NCBI GenBank assembly: GCA_027251445.1
Contig: JAPNQO010000065.1
Location: forward strand, 1-32,878
DNA length: 32,878 nt
Direction of reading: 5' to 3'
DNA from: Fidelibacterota bacterium
GTDB taxonomy: Bacteria; Fidelibacterota; Marinisomatia; Marinisomatales; TCS55
Shown here piece after piece: positions 18,255 to 27,332 of this stretch. Position 1 is the stretch's first letter. Every line of letters begins with the position of its first letter. Below the pieces are notes generated by a model, which had not been told where the DNA came from, did no database searches, and saw only the letters and a list, made by a program, of their open reading frames with translations. The translations under genes were made by a program, and so were the position numbers.

Positions 18255-18653
18255 TTAATTAGTTATATCTTGAACGCTCATACTTCGAAACATATTTATC
18301 ATGTTATTATTAATACGTTGAATAGGAGTTCGGATATTACAGTGATCAATTTGCATACAATTGGTATCATAAAAACAATCGCTTAAGCCAAGTGGGCCTT
18401 CAACCTTTTCAAAAAAATCTACAAGATTAATATTTTTTAACTTTGCTTTAATACGATACCCGCCCCTCGGCCCATTTATAGCTTCAATAATATTTACTTT
18501 TGCCATATGTTGTAATGTTTTAGCCAATATTTCCACAGGTATATTGTATTGATTTGCAATTTCACGTGTAGATGATACTGAATTAATAGACTTTCCCTGC
18601 ATATGACGTAGAGCCATAAGTGAATATTCAACTTTTCTAGTTAATTTAAGCAT
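18255..18653 (-). CDS. Rrf2-family transcriptional regulator (IscR-like)
   Basis: Winged helix with GPRGGY; C-x5-C-x5-C (CFYDTNCMQIDHC); first gene of the SUF operon. Confidence 0.9.
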   Translation of the reverse strand: MLKLTRKVEYSLMALRHMQGKSINSVSSTREIANQYNIPVEILAKTLQHMAKVNIIEAINGPRGGYRIKAKLKNINLVDFFEKVEGPLGLSDCFYDTNCMQIDHCNIRTPIQRINNNMINMFRSMSVQDITN

Positions 18654-18657
18654 ATTT

Positions 18658-18682
18658 ATATCCGATAAAATTAGTCGGGTAT
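18658..18682 (-). promoter_or_regulatory. IscR type-1-like operator
   Basis: Minus strand ATACCCGACTAATTTTATCGGATAT matches 22/25 positions of the IscR type-1 consensus as I recall it (ATASYYGACTRwwwYAGTCRRSTAT); 4 nt upstream of the Rrf2 ATG. Confidence 0.8.
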
Positions 18683-18714
18683 ATTACAATTCATTGTATG
18701 TGATTTACAAGTAA

Positions 18715-19764
18715 TTATGAAATGGTAATCAAAGACTTTTTTCTTGCATTTACAGAGCCAATCTGAAAAGCAGGAATAGTCGATTTACTATTATAATATT
18801 CAAGGAAATTTTTAACATTATCTTTGGGCAATGAGATTAATAACCCTCCTGATGTTTGAGCATCTGCAACCATCAATCTTTCTATTTGAGAAATTGAATC
18901 AGCGAAATTTGTAAATTGTTTTGCATACGATAAATTTCTTTTTGAGCCACCAGGGACAATATCTTGTTTGGCCAATTCATTTACACCAGAAAAGAATTTT
19001 ATATCATTATAATTAATCTCAAAAGATACATTGCTACTTTTGCACATTTCTGCGGCATGACCAAGCAATCCAAAACCAGTTACATCTGTAGCTGCATTAA
19101 CTGAAAATTTTGATAATATTGAACCTGCAAGTTTATTCAAAGTTGCCATAGAGTCTTCCGCTTGCTTTATTGAATCTGGATTTGCTTTTTCCTTTTTAAT
19201 TCCTGTACTAATAATTCCCGTTCCAAGAGGTTTTGTTAATAATAATACATCTCCTGGTTTAGATCCTTTATTTTGTATAAGATCATCTTTCAAGACTTCA
19301 CCAGTTACAACTAATCCATATTTAGGTTCTTTATCATCAATACTATGTCCGCCAACAATAGAGATACCAGCTTCACTTGCTTTATCAGCCCCACCTTGTA
19401 AGATTTTTGAAACTATGTCCTTAGGAAAATCGTTTACTGGGAAACCTAGTATATTCAATGCAAATAATGGTTTGCCACCCATTGCATAAATATCTGAAAT
19501 AGAATTAGCTGCCGCTATTTGGCCGAACATATATGGGTCATCTACAATGGGTGTAAAAAAATCAACGGTCTGAATAATAAACTTATCACCTTGCAGGCGT
19601 ATAACGGCGGCATCATCGGAATTATCATATCCAACAATCACTCGAGAATCTTTCTTTTGTACTACTTTACCCAGAACCTGGGTTAGATCATCAGGACCAA
19701 TTTTACAAGCTCATCCAGATCCATGTGATAAAGTACTTAATCGAATTTGTTCTTTTGTTTTCAT
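18715..19764 (-). CDS. selD: Selenide, water dikinase (selenophosphate synthetase), selenocysteine-containing, 349 aa
   Basis: ATG 19764 gives MKTKEQIRLSTLSHGSG-U(TGA 19713-19711)-ACKIGPDDL, in frame with the 308-aa track ORF (DDAAV, QTVDFFTP, GGHSIDD, TDVTGFGLLGH, QTSGGLL); UxxK at the catalytic site. Confidence 0.95.
19669..19683 (-). promoter_or_regulatory. Putative bacterial SECIS hairpin of selD
   Basis: mRNA ACCCAG-GUU-CUGGGU: perfect 6-bp stem, loop starts with G, 33 nt downstream of the UGA. Confidence 0.65.
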
Positions 19765-19797
19765 AAGTTTTTAATATTAACTATATGATGTATGAAG

Positions 19798-20607
19798 TTA
19801 TAAGCTGTCTGCTAATTTTCTTATATCTTCAATTGTGTTAATATCTCTATCAATAAGATATTCTAGATGAATAGTTTTAAACCTAGAGTGAATCTGGAGT
19901 TGAGATTGGTATTGATGTAATACCATAGGAATATGCATTGTTTTAAATACCAATAAAGAAAATGGAAAATCTAACTCAGTATATTTTAATGTTGATAGAG
20001 TAGTATTATTTATACGCATCTTCTTCCGACAATCTTGAATATCTTTTAAAAGCAATTTCTTTTTGAATTCCCAAGGTGCGGTTATGTCAGATAGGGATTC
20101 AATAAATTCATATCCACGAGTAAAATGTTCCAAAAAATATTTTCCATACGCACCGCCACTTAATTCTTTATTCAAGAATTCATTTATCTCTTCTTTTTTC
20201 ATTGATAAAAAATCTTTCCAATTATTAAAATCAGATCGAAATAGAAAATATCCAAAGGGAGTCTTAAATGAGTTGCGGGGTGTAAAAAAAGCCTTTATTT
20301 CATATGTAAGCTTTTTAAGCTCATTTCGCAAGTCATGAGAAAAAAGTTGTACTGTGATTGGGGAATAATTTTTAGGTAGTTTAAGAAAGTCTTTTGGAAT
20401 AATTGATTCTGAAAGATTTAATGTATACCCTTTTTCAAAACCTTGAATATTTGTTTCAATAAATGCTCCTAAGTCACTCAATTTAATTAGATTATTTAGC
20501 GCTTGATCAAACTCAGGAAAGGTTGCTATTGAAGGATTAGAAGAATTAGGGAGCTCTCCAAATAATGATAATTGACGTGGATCATTTGAATCTCGTTTAT
20601 TTACCAT
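19798..20607 (-). CDS. Hypothetical 269-aa protein with N-terminal QLSLF motif
   Basis: Long ORF filling the gap, 33 bp upstream of selD, with its own promoter-like signals; no family recognised with confidence. Confidence 0.8.
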   Translation of the reverse strand: MVNKRDSNDPRQLSLFGELPNSSNPSIATFPEFDQALNNLIKLSDLGAFIETNIQGFEKGYTLNLSESIIPKDFLKLPKNYSPITVQLFSHDLRNELKKLTYEIKAFFTPRNSFKTPFGYFLFRSDFNNWKDFLSMKKEEINEFLNKELSGGAYGKYFLEHFTRGYEFIESLSDITAPWEFKKKLLLKDIQDCRKKMRINNTTLSTLKYTELDFPFSLLVFKTMHIPMVLHQYQSQLQIHSRFKTIHLEYLIDRDINTIEDIRKLADSL

Positions 20608-20644
20608 AATGGTAAATATTACGTTCTAAAGTATTGAAGTGCAA
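20598..20644 (-). promoter_or_regulatory. Promoter TTGCAC-N17-TAATAT with an overlapping perfect palindrome over the start codon
   Basis: -35 at 20644-20639, -10 at 20621-20616; palindrome TATTTACCAT-A-ATGGTAAATA at 20598-20618. Confidence 0.6.
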
Positions 20645-20840
20645 CAATGTAGAATTATTAAAAAAATAAATAAAAAATAATGTTTCTAGTGATTTTATTG
20701 TGCGAAATAAAAAAAGTGATGCTAAATTTTGAACTCATGAATATGAAATATATCATAACATATTTTGTTGTGTCCTAGGAATTAGGGACTTCAAAAAATT
20801 ATAGATAATCGATAAATAAAAAAATCCCCTATATAAAGCT

Positions 20841-22676
20841 TTGAGTATTAAGACAAAAAATTTAGATAGAGTAGTGATAAGATTTGCTGGTGATTCCGGG
20901 GATGGAATGCAACTTACTGGCACACGTTTTACTGAAACCACTGCTATTGTCGGAAATGATTTAAGCACTTTACCTGACTATCCTGCTGAGATTAGAGCTC
21001 CAGCGGGTTCTTTAGCAGGTGTGAGTGCATTCCAGTTGCATTTTAGCTCCAAAGATATACATACTCCAGGAGATACGCCTGATGTGCTTGTCGCAATGAA
21101 TCCAGCAGCACTAAAAGTTCATTTATCAGAATTATTGCCTGGTGGAATAATTATAGTTAATGAGAATGCTTTTAGTCCTAAAAATCTAAAACTTGCCGGA
21201 TATGAATCTAATCCATTAGAAGATGGGACGGTGGATACCTATGAAATTTATTCAGTGCAAATGAGTTCTTTGGTTGCTAAGGCGTGTGAGGGAATGGATA
21301 TTTCTCCAAAGACAGTTGATCGAACAAAAAATATGTTTGCACTTGGACTTTTATATTGGATTTATAACCGTCCATTGGAGCCTACTATAAAATGGCTTGG
21401 CAAAAAATTTGCCAAGAGACCCGAGTTAGTTGATTCAAATGTTAAAGCATTAAATGCGGGATATAATTATGGTGAAACTGTAGAAATTTTTACAACACGG
21501 TTTTCTGTAGAAAAAGCACCCCTTGCTGCTGGAAAGTATAGAAATATAAATGGTAATTATGCTACTAGTGTGGGACTGCTTGCAGGATCAATCAAAGCAG
21601 ATATACCTTTATTTTACGGTGGTTATCCAATAACACCTGCAAGCGATATTCTTCATACACTTGCTTCTTTCCGTCATTTTGGAGTTAAAACATTTCAGGC
21701 TGAAGACGAAATTGCTGGCATTACCTCTGCTATTGGTGGTGCATTTGCTGGGAACCTTGGTGTCACGGCATCATCTGGGCCTGGTATTGCCTTGAAAGCA
21801 GAGGCAATTGGACTTGCTGTTATTGCTGAACTACCTTTAGTTATTGTAAATGTACAGCGGGGTGGGCCAAGCACAGGATTGCCTACAAAGACTGAACAAG
21901 CTGATCTTTTTCAAGCCTTATATGGGCGGAATGGTGAGGCGCCTGTCCCTGTAATAGCGGCACAAACACCTGGTGATTGTTTTTATGCTGCTTTCGAAGC
22001 ATGTCAAGCAGCAATTAAATATAGAACCCCTGTATTTTTACTAACTGATGGTTATTTAGCAAATGGTTCTGAGCCATGGTCAATACCTGATTTTGATGAT
22101 TTACCAAATATTGATCCTAACTTTGCCGTTCAAAATGATGACCTCCCCTTTATGCCATATGCTAGAGATGAAAAGACTCTTGCACGGCCCTGGGCTATAC
22201 CTGGTACAGTTGGATTAGAGCATCGTATCGGAGGTCTAGAAAAAGAAGATGTAACTGGGAATGTATCTTATGATCCTGAAAATCATCATAAAATGACAGA
22301 ATTAAGAGCTCAAAAAGTAATCAATATTTCAGAAGATATTCCTAAAACAGAAATTTTAGGCAAAAAAAATGGAGATTTATTAATTCTTAGCTGGGGAGGG
22401 ACATATGGTTCTTGTCGTTCTGCAACAGAAAGACTACAAAATGATGGAGAAAATGTAAGCCATGTTCATTTACGTTGGATTAATCCATTACCTAAAGATT
22501 TAGGAGAAATTTTAATACGATTTAAAAATATTCTTATTCCAGAATTAAACATGGGGCAGTTATCTAAGTTGATTCGCGCAGACTACCTCGTTGATGCTGT
22601 TGGGTTCAATCTTGTTAGAGGGCGACCTTTCAAAGCAAGTGATATAGTAAATAAATCTAAGGAATTGATAGGATAA
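20841..22676 (+). CDS. korA: 2-oxoacid:ferredoxin oxidoreductase alpha subunit (gamma-alpha fusion, KorA type)
   Basis: Reads on the PLUS strand (TTG AGT ATT AAG ... TAA 22674-22676) although the track says minus; FAGDSGDGMQLTG, YPAEIRAP, GYPITPAS, QRGGPSTGLPTK. Confidence 0.94.
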   Translation: MSIKTKNLDRVVIRFAGDSGDGMQLTGTRFTETTAIVGNDLSTLPDYPAEIRAPAGSLAGVSAFQLHFSSKDIHTPGDTPDVLVAMNPAALKVHLSELLPGGIIIVNENAFSPKNLKLAGYESNPLEDGTVDTYEIYSVQMSSLVAKACEGMDISPKTVDRTKNMFALGLLYWIYNRPLEPTIKWLGKKFAKRPELVDSNVKALNAGYNYGETVEIFTTRFSVEKAPLAAGKYRNINGNYATSVGLLAGSIKADIPLFYGGYPITPASDILHTLASFRHFGVKTFQAEDEIAGITSAIGGAFAGNLGVTASSGPGIALKAEAIGLAVIAELPLVIVNVQRGGPSTGLPTKTEQADLFQALYGRNGEAPVPVIAAQTPGDCFYAAFEACQAAIKYRTPVFLLTDGYLANGSEPWSIPDFDDLPNIDPNFAVQNDDLPFMPYARDEKTLARPWAIPGTVGLEHRIGGLEKEDVTGNVSYDPENHHKMTELRAQKVINISEDIPKTEILGKKNGDLLILSWGGTYGSCRSATERLQNDGENVSHVHLRWINPLPKDLGEILIRFKNILIPELNMGQLSKLIRADYLVDAVGFNLVRGRPFKASDIVNKSKELIG

Positions 22677-22679
22677 ATT

Positions 22680-23702
22680 ATGGCAGAAACTAAAGTTAAA
22701 ACTCCAAAATTAGACCGCAGAGATTTTGTTTCGGATCAGGCAGTTCGTTGGTGTCCAGGTTGTGGTGATTATGCTATTTTAGCTCAAACACAAAAAGTTT
22801 TTCCAGACTTAGGTGTTGACAAAGAGAAAGTGGTTTTCATATCCGGGATTGGATGCTCCAGCAGATTTCCATACTATATGAACACTTATGGGTTTCACAC
22901 AATTCATGGGAGAGCACCAGCTATTGCATCTGGAGTTAAATTGGCAAACCCTGAACTTTCTGTATGGGTGATTACTGGTGATGGGGATGCTCTTTCCATT
23001 GGAGGAAATCACACAATTCATTTACTCCGAAGAAATTTAGATATCAAAGTTATGTTATTTAATAATAGAATATATGGTTTAACAAAAGGTCAGTATTCTC
23101 CAACATCTGAATTGGGTAAAATTACTAAATCAACACCATTAGGTTCATTAGATCGCCCATTTAATCCACTAGCTCTTGCGCTGGGTGCACATGCTAGCTT
23201 TGTTGCTAGGGCAATTGATCGTGAAACTGCTCATCTTCAATCCATGATACATAGAGCTAATAGCCATGCAGGGAGCTCATTCATAGAGATATACCAAAAT
23301 TGTAATATTTTCAATGATAAAGCATTTGCTCCAATGACAGATAGAGAAACAAAGTCAGATACTGTACTTTGGTTGGAGAATAAGAAACCTCTGTTATTTG
23401 GCTCTGAAATGAATAAGGGAATTGTGATTGATGGCAATGTCCCAAAAGTTGTTGAGTTAGGTGATAAATGGGGTATGGATGATCTGTTAGTGCATGATGA
23501 AACAGATTGGACAATCGCTATGATGTTAAGCCATTTTACCTATCAGGATGATTTTCCTAATCCAATAGGTGTTTTTTATTGTGTTGATGAACCTGTATAC
23601 GAAGTATTGCTAGATGAACAGATTAAGTTTGCAATAAAAAATAAAGGAAATGGTGATATTCAGGCATTACTGGATGGCGCAGATAACTGGGTGGTAGAAT
23701 AA
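22680..23702 (+). CDS. korB: 2-oxoacid:ferredoxin oxidoreductase beta subunit
   Basis: WCPGCGD, SGIGCSSR, HGRA, TPP motif GDGD...NN, YGLTKGQYSPT. Confidence 0.94.
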   Translation: MAETKVKTPKLDRRDFVSDQAVRWCPGCGDYAILAQTQKVFPDLGVDKEKVVFISGIGCSSRFPYYMNTYGFHTIHGRAPAIASGVKLANPELSVWVITGDGDALSIGGNHTIHLLRRNLDIKVMLFNNRIYGLTKGQYSPTSELGKITKSTPLGSLDRPFNPLALALGAHASFVARAIDRETAHLQSMIHRANSHAGSSFIEIYQNCNIFNDKAFAPMTDRETKSDTVLWLENKKPLLFGSEMNKGIVIDGNVPKVVELGDKWGMDDLLVHDETDWTIAMMLSHFTYQDDFPNPIGVFYCVDEPVYEVLLDEQIKFAIKNKGNGDIQALLDGADNWVVE

Positions 23703-23725
23703 TTATTATTTGTTAGCTTCCAACT

Positions 23726-25126
23726 ATGGCTTATCGCACTGAAAAGGACAGCATGGGATCTGTTAAAGTGCCAAATGATCGCTATTACGGAGCCCAAACA
23801 CAACGATCCCTCAATAATTTTAAGATAGGAAACGAAGTTTTCCCTAGAGAATTTATTAGAGCATATGGTCTTGTTAAAAAAGCAGCTCTTAAAGTAAACG
23901 TTTCCGCAGGTTTAATTGACTCAAATATATCGAAAGCAATAAGCACTGCTATCAATGAAGTAATTTCTGGAGATTTAGATAATCATTTTCCTCTAGTGGT
24001 TTGGCAAACGGGGTCTGGAACGCAGACAAATATGAATGTAAATGAGGTGATAGCAAATCGTGCCATTGAAATTCTAGGAGGAGAGATAGGCAGTAAGGAT
24101 CCAGTCCATCCTAATGATCACGTTAATATGGGCCAATCAACAAATGATACTTTTCCAACAGCTATAAATATATCAGCTGTAGAATCTGTTACACATAACT
24201 TACTCCCGAACCTTGAAGCACTAAGAGATGGTTTGAATGTTAAAGCTAAAGCTTTTTCTAAGATTATTAAATTAGGAAGAACTCATTTACAGGACGCAAC
24301 TCCTTTAAGCCTTGGGCAGGAATTTTCAGGTTATGTAACTGCTATTGATTATGGATGTCAAAGAATAAAAAATGCATTAGAAAGTTGTTATAGCTTGGCA
24401 ATGGGTGGTACAGCAGTTGGCACTGGAATTAATACAATTGAGGGTTTTGGTGAAAAAGCTGCAGAGGAAATTGCTAGTTTAACAAATTTACCATTTAGAA
24501 CTGCTGAAAATAAATTTGAAGCACTTGCTGCTCAAGACTGCATAGTAGAATTATCAGGAGCTTTAAAAACAGTAGCTGTTTCATTATTTAAAATATCTAA
24601 TGATATACGGTGGTTAAGTAGTGGTCCGAGATCAGGTATTGGAGAATTAATTCTGCCAGCCAATGAACCAGGGTCATCCATAATGCCGGGAAAGATAAAT
24701 CCAACACAATGTGAAGCTATGACAATGGTTTGCACTCAAGTCATGGGGAATGACACATCGATTTCTTTCGCTGGAGCTAATGGAAACTTTGAATTGAATG
24801 TTTATAGGCCAGTAATTGCTCATAATATTTTACAATCAGTTAGATTATTAGCTGATGCATGTCAATCTTTTTTACTTAATGCTGTTAATGGAATTGAACC
24901 AAATCAAAAGAGAATAGATGATAATTTATTTAATTCACTAATGTTAGTGACAGCTTTAAATCCTCATATAGGATACGATAAAGCAGCAAAAGTCGCTAAA
25001 AAAGCTTATGATGAAAATCTTTCATTGCGCGATGCAATTCAAAAATTAGGTTATATGACAGGAGATGATTTTGATAAAATTGTGAAGCCAGAAAAGATGA
25101 TTAAACCAGCAAAGGCAAGTAAATAG
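23726..25126 (+). CDS. fumC: Class II fumarate hydratase
   Basis: [40 protein letters not shown]. Confidence 0.96.
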   Translation: MAYRTEKDSMGSVKVPNDRYYGAQTQRSLNNFKIGNEVFPREFIRAYGLVKKAALKVNVSAGLIDSNISKAISTAINEVISGDLDNHFPLVVWQTGSGTQTNMNVNEVIANRAIEILGGEIGSKDPVHPNDHVNMGQSTNDTFPTAINISAVESVTHNLLPNLEALRDGLNVKAKAFSKIIKLGRTHLQDATPLSLGQEFSGYVTAIDYGCQRIKNALESCYSLAMGGTAVGTGINTIEGFGEKAAEEIASLTNLPFRTAENKFEALAAQDCIVELSGALKTVAVSLFKISNDIRWLSSGPRSGIGELILPANEPGSSIMPGKINPTQCEAMTMVCTQVMGNDTSISFAGANGNFELNVYRPVIAHNILQSVRLLADACQSFLLNAVNGIEPNQKRIDDNLFNSLMLVTALNPHIGYDKAAKVAKKAYDENLSLRDAIQKLGYMTGDDFDKIVKPEKMIKPAKASK

Positions 25127-25202
25127 ATTGTTTCATTATTAATGTTTAGAAAACGATATCTCATCAGTCGTTTAATTATAAATAATCAATGTAAATTTAA
25201 AT

Positions 25203-27332
25203 ATGGCGAATAACTCAAATGACGAACTCTGGGCCATCCCTATAATACGATCCTTTTGGATTGTATTATCAGGTTCAATTATTGTATTTATCTATATCTT
25301 TGTTTTATCTCAAGATTTGCCTTCTATTGAGCAACTAGAAAATTTTGATCCAGATCTTGTTACAAGAATTTATTCTTCAGATGGTGAAATCATACATGAA
25401 TTATTTGTGGAAAAAAGAGTATTTGTTGAGTTAGATGAGATTCCCAAACATATGCATGATGCTGTTATTGCATCTGAAGATAGAAGATTCAGAGATCATT
25501 GGGGAATATCTCTAAGAAGTGTTGCTAGAGCTATTGTGACTAATGTTTTAGCATTTAGTTATCGTCAAGGCTTTAGCACTTTGACACAACAATTGGCCCG
25601 TAATTTATATGATACTATAGGTTTCAGAAAAACTGTTACTCGTAAAATTAAAGAAATGATAACAGCTATTCAGATTGAAAAAACATACACAAAAGATGAA
25701 ATTCTAGAAATGTATTTAAATAGTGTTCATTTTGGACATGGGACTTATGGAGTTCAGGCTGCAGCAAAAAGATTTTATGCTAAAGATGTAGGTGAATTAA
25801 ATATTGATGAGTGTGCACTGCTAGTTGGATTACTACCTGCTCCTGCACGTTATTCGCCTATTCGTCATCCTGATAAAGCATTTGCACGAAGAAACACTGT
25901 ACTACGGTTAATGCGAGAACAAAAAAAAATATCTGATGCAGTTTATGTAGAAGCACGATCTACTGATATAGATAAGATTCAGAAAAATCAATTTAGAGGA
26001 ATTGCTCCGTATTTTACAGAATACATTCGCAGAGTGTTGGAAACAGAGGATGAACGTTTAGGGGTAAACATATATCGAGATGGGTTAAAAATTTATACTA
26101 CTCTTGATTCACGACTTCAAAAATATGCTGAAGATGCTATTATGCAATCAATTATTCCCAATCAAAAGCGATTAAATAAACGTTTATTTAACGATAAAGA
26201 AGAGTTTGAAAATCTTGCTTATTTGGGAATTTTCAATGAAGATACGATTCGATTAATGATGCAAGGGGAAATGCAATTATATGAAGATTTGAGAGATAAA
26301 TTACTTGTTCAATGTGCATTTGTAGCATTAGATACAAAAACTGGTGCCATACTAGCAATGGTAGGAGGTCGTCCTGATTATATTGATCAATTTAATAGAG
26401 TTACACAAGCAAAAAGACAGCCAGGAAGTGTTTTCAAACCATTTGTTTATACAACTGCAATAGATAATGGAGTACCAGTTTCAAAGCAACTTTTGAATCA
26501 ACCTGTAGTTCTTAAAGTTCCAACACCGGAAGGGGAATGGGAGAATTGGAATCCAAGAAATTATGATGAAAGCACAGGAGGACTAACAACAATAAGAGAG
26601 GGCTTAAGAAGATCTCTAAATCTTGTTTCCGTTCGTATGGTACAGGAAGTTGTTCCTGCAAGAGAAGTTGCCACTACAGCGAAAAGTTTGGGGATATCAA
26701 CAAATATTCGAGCTGTTGATGCTATAGCACTTGGAACATCTGAAGTATATCCGCTAGAAATGGTGGCTGCATATTCAGTATTTGCAAATAGGGGAGTTTA
26801 TTCAACTCCATTTGGAATTACAAAAATTGAAGATCGTTATGGAAATATATTAATTGAGTATTATCCAAAACAGGATGAAATACTAAGCGAGGAAACTGCA
26901 TTTATGGTTACAAATCTAATGCAGACGGTAGTGGATAGAGGAACTGGTGGAAGTGCAAGATGGAAATATAACTTTTATCATCCTGCCGCTGGAAAGACGG
27001 GTACAACTCAAGGATGGACTGACGCATGGTTTGTTGGTTTCTCATCTCAAATAGCTGCAGGCGCATGGTTTGGGGTTGATGATCCTCAAGTAAGTCTGGG
27101 CCGAGGAGCAGATGGTACTCGAGCTGCACTGCCTGCATGGGCAAGATTTATGAAGACTGCGCATGATTCACTTTATTATCTTAAAGAAGAATTTGAACAG
27201 CCTTCAAAAGTCAATACATTTTCTATTTGTCAGGTGTCCAAGGAAAAACCAACACCATCGTGCCCAATTGAAAAAGAGTTATTTATTCTAGGTACAAATC
27301 CTTCCAGACTGTGTAAAATACATCGACGTTAG
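25203..27332 (+). CDS. Class A penicillin-binding protein (PBP1A family)
   Basis: TM anchor; transglycosylase EDRRF, STLTQQL, RKIKE, YLN; transpeptidase SVFK, SLN, KTG. Confidence 0.94.
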   Translation: MANNSNDELWAIPIIRSFWIVLSGSIIVFIYIFVLSQDLPSIEQLENFDPDLVTRIYSSDGEIIHELFVEKRVFVELDEIPKHMHDAVIASEDRRFRDHWGISLRSVARAIVTNVLAFSYRQGFSTLTQQLARNLYDTIGFRKTVTRKIKEMITAIQIEKTYTKDEILEMYLNSVHFGHGTYGVQAAAKRFYAKDVGELNIDECALLVGLLPAPARYSPIRHPDKAFARRNTVLRLMREQKKISDAVYVEARSTDIDKIQKNQFRGIAPYFTEYIRRVLETEDERLGVNIYRDGLKIYTTLDSRLQKYAEDAIMQSIIPNQKRLNKRLFNDKEEFENLAYLGIFNEDTIRLMMQGEMQLYEDLRDKLLVQCAFVALDTKTGAILAMVGGRPDYIDQFNRVTQAKRQPGSVFKPFVYTTAIDNGVPVSKQLLNQPVVLKVPTPEGEWENWNPRNYDESTGGLTTIREGLRRSLNLVSVRMVQEVVPAREVATTAKSLGISTNIRAVDAIALGTSEVYPLEMVAAYSVFANRGVYSTPFGITKIEDRYGNILIEYYPKQDEILSEETAFMVTNLMQTVVDRGTGGSARWKYNFYHPAAGKTGTTQGWTDAWFVGFSSQIAAGAWFGVDDPQVSLGRGADGTRAALPAWARFMKTAHDSLYYLKEEFEQPSKVNTFSICQVSKEKPTPSCPIEKELFILGTNPSRLCKIHRR

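Noticed and set aside
19711..19713. selD TGA as a pseudogenising nonsense mutation or as evidence of an alternative genetic code
   Set aside because: It falls exactly on the catalytic Cys/Sec position with a downstream hairpin; elsewhere TGA ends genes at normal lengths (sufS, lptF, PI-PLC) and Trp is encoded by TGG
20737..20778. 13-aa possible leader peptide upstream of korA
   Set aside because: No attenuator structure or informative codon run; too short to support
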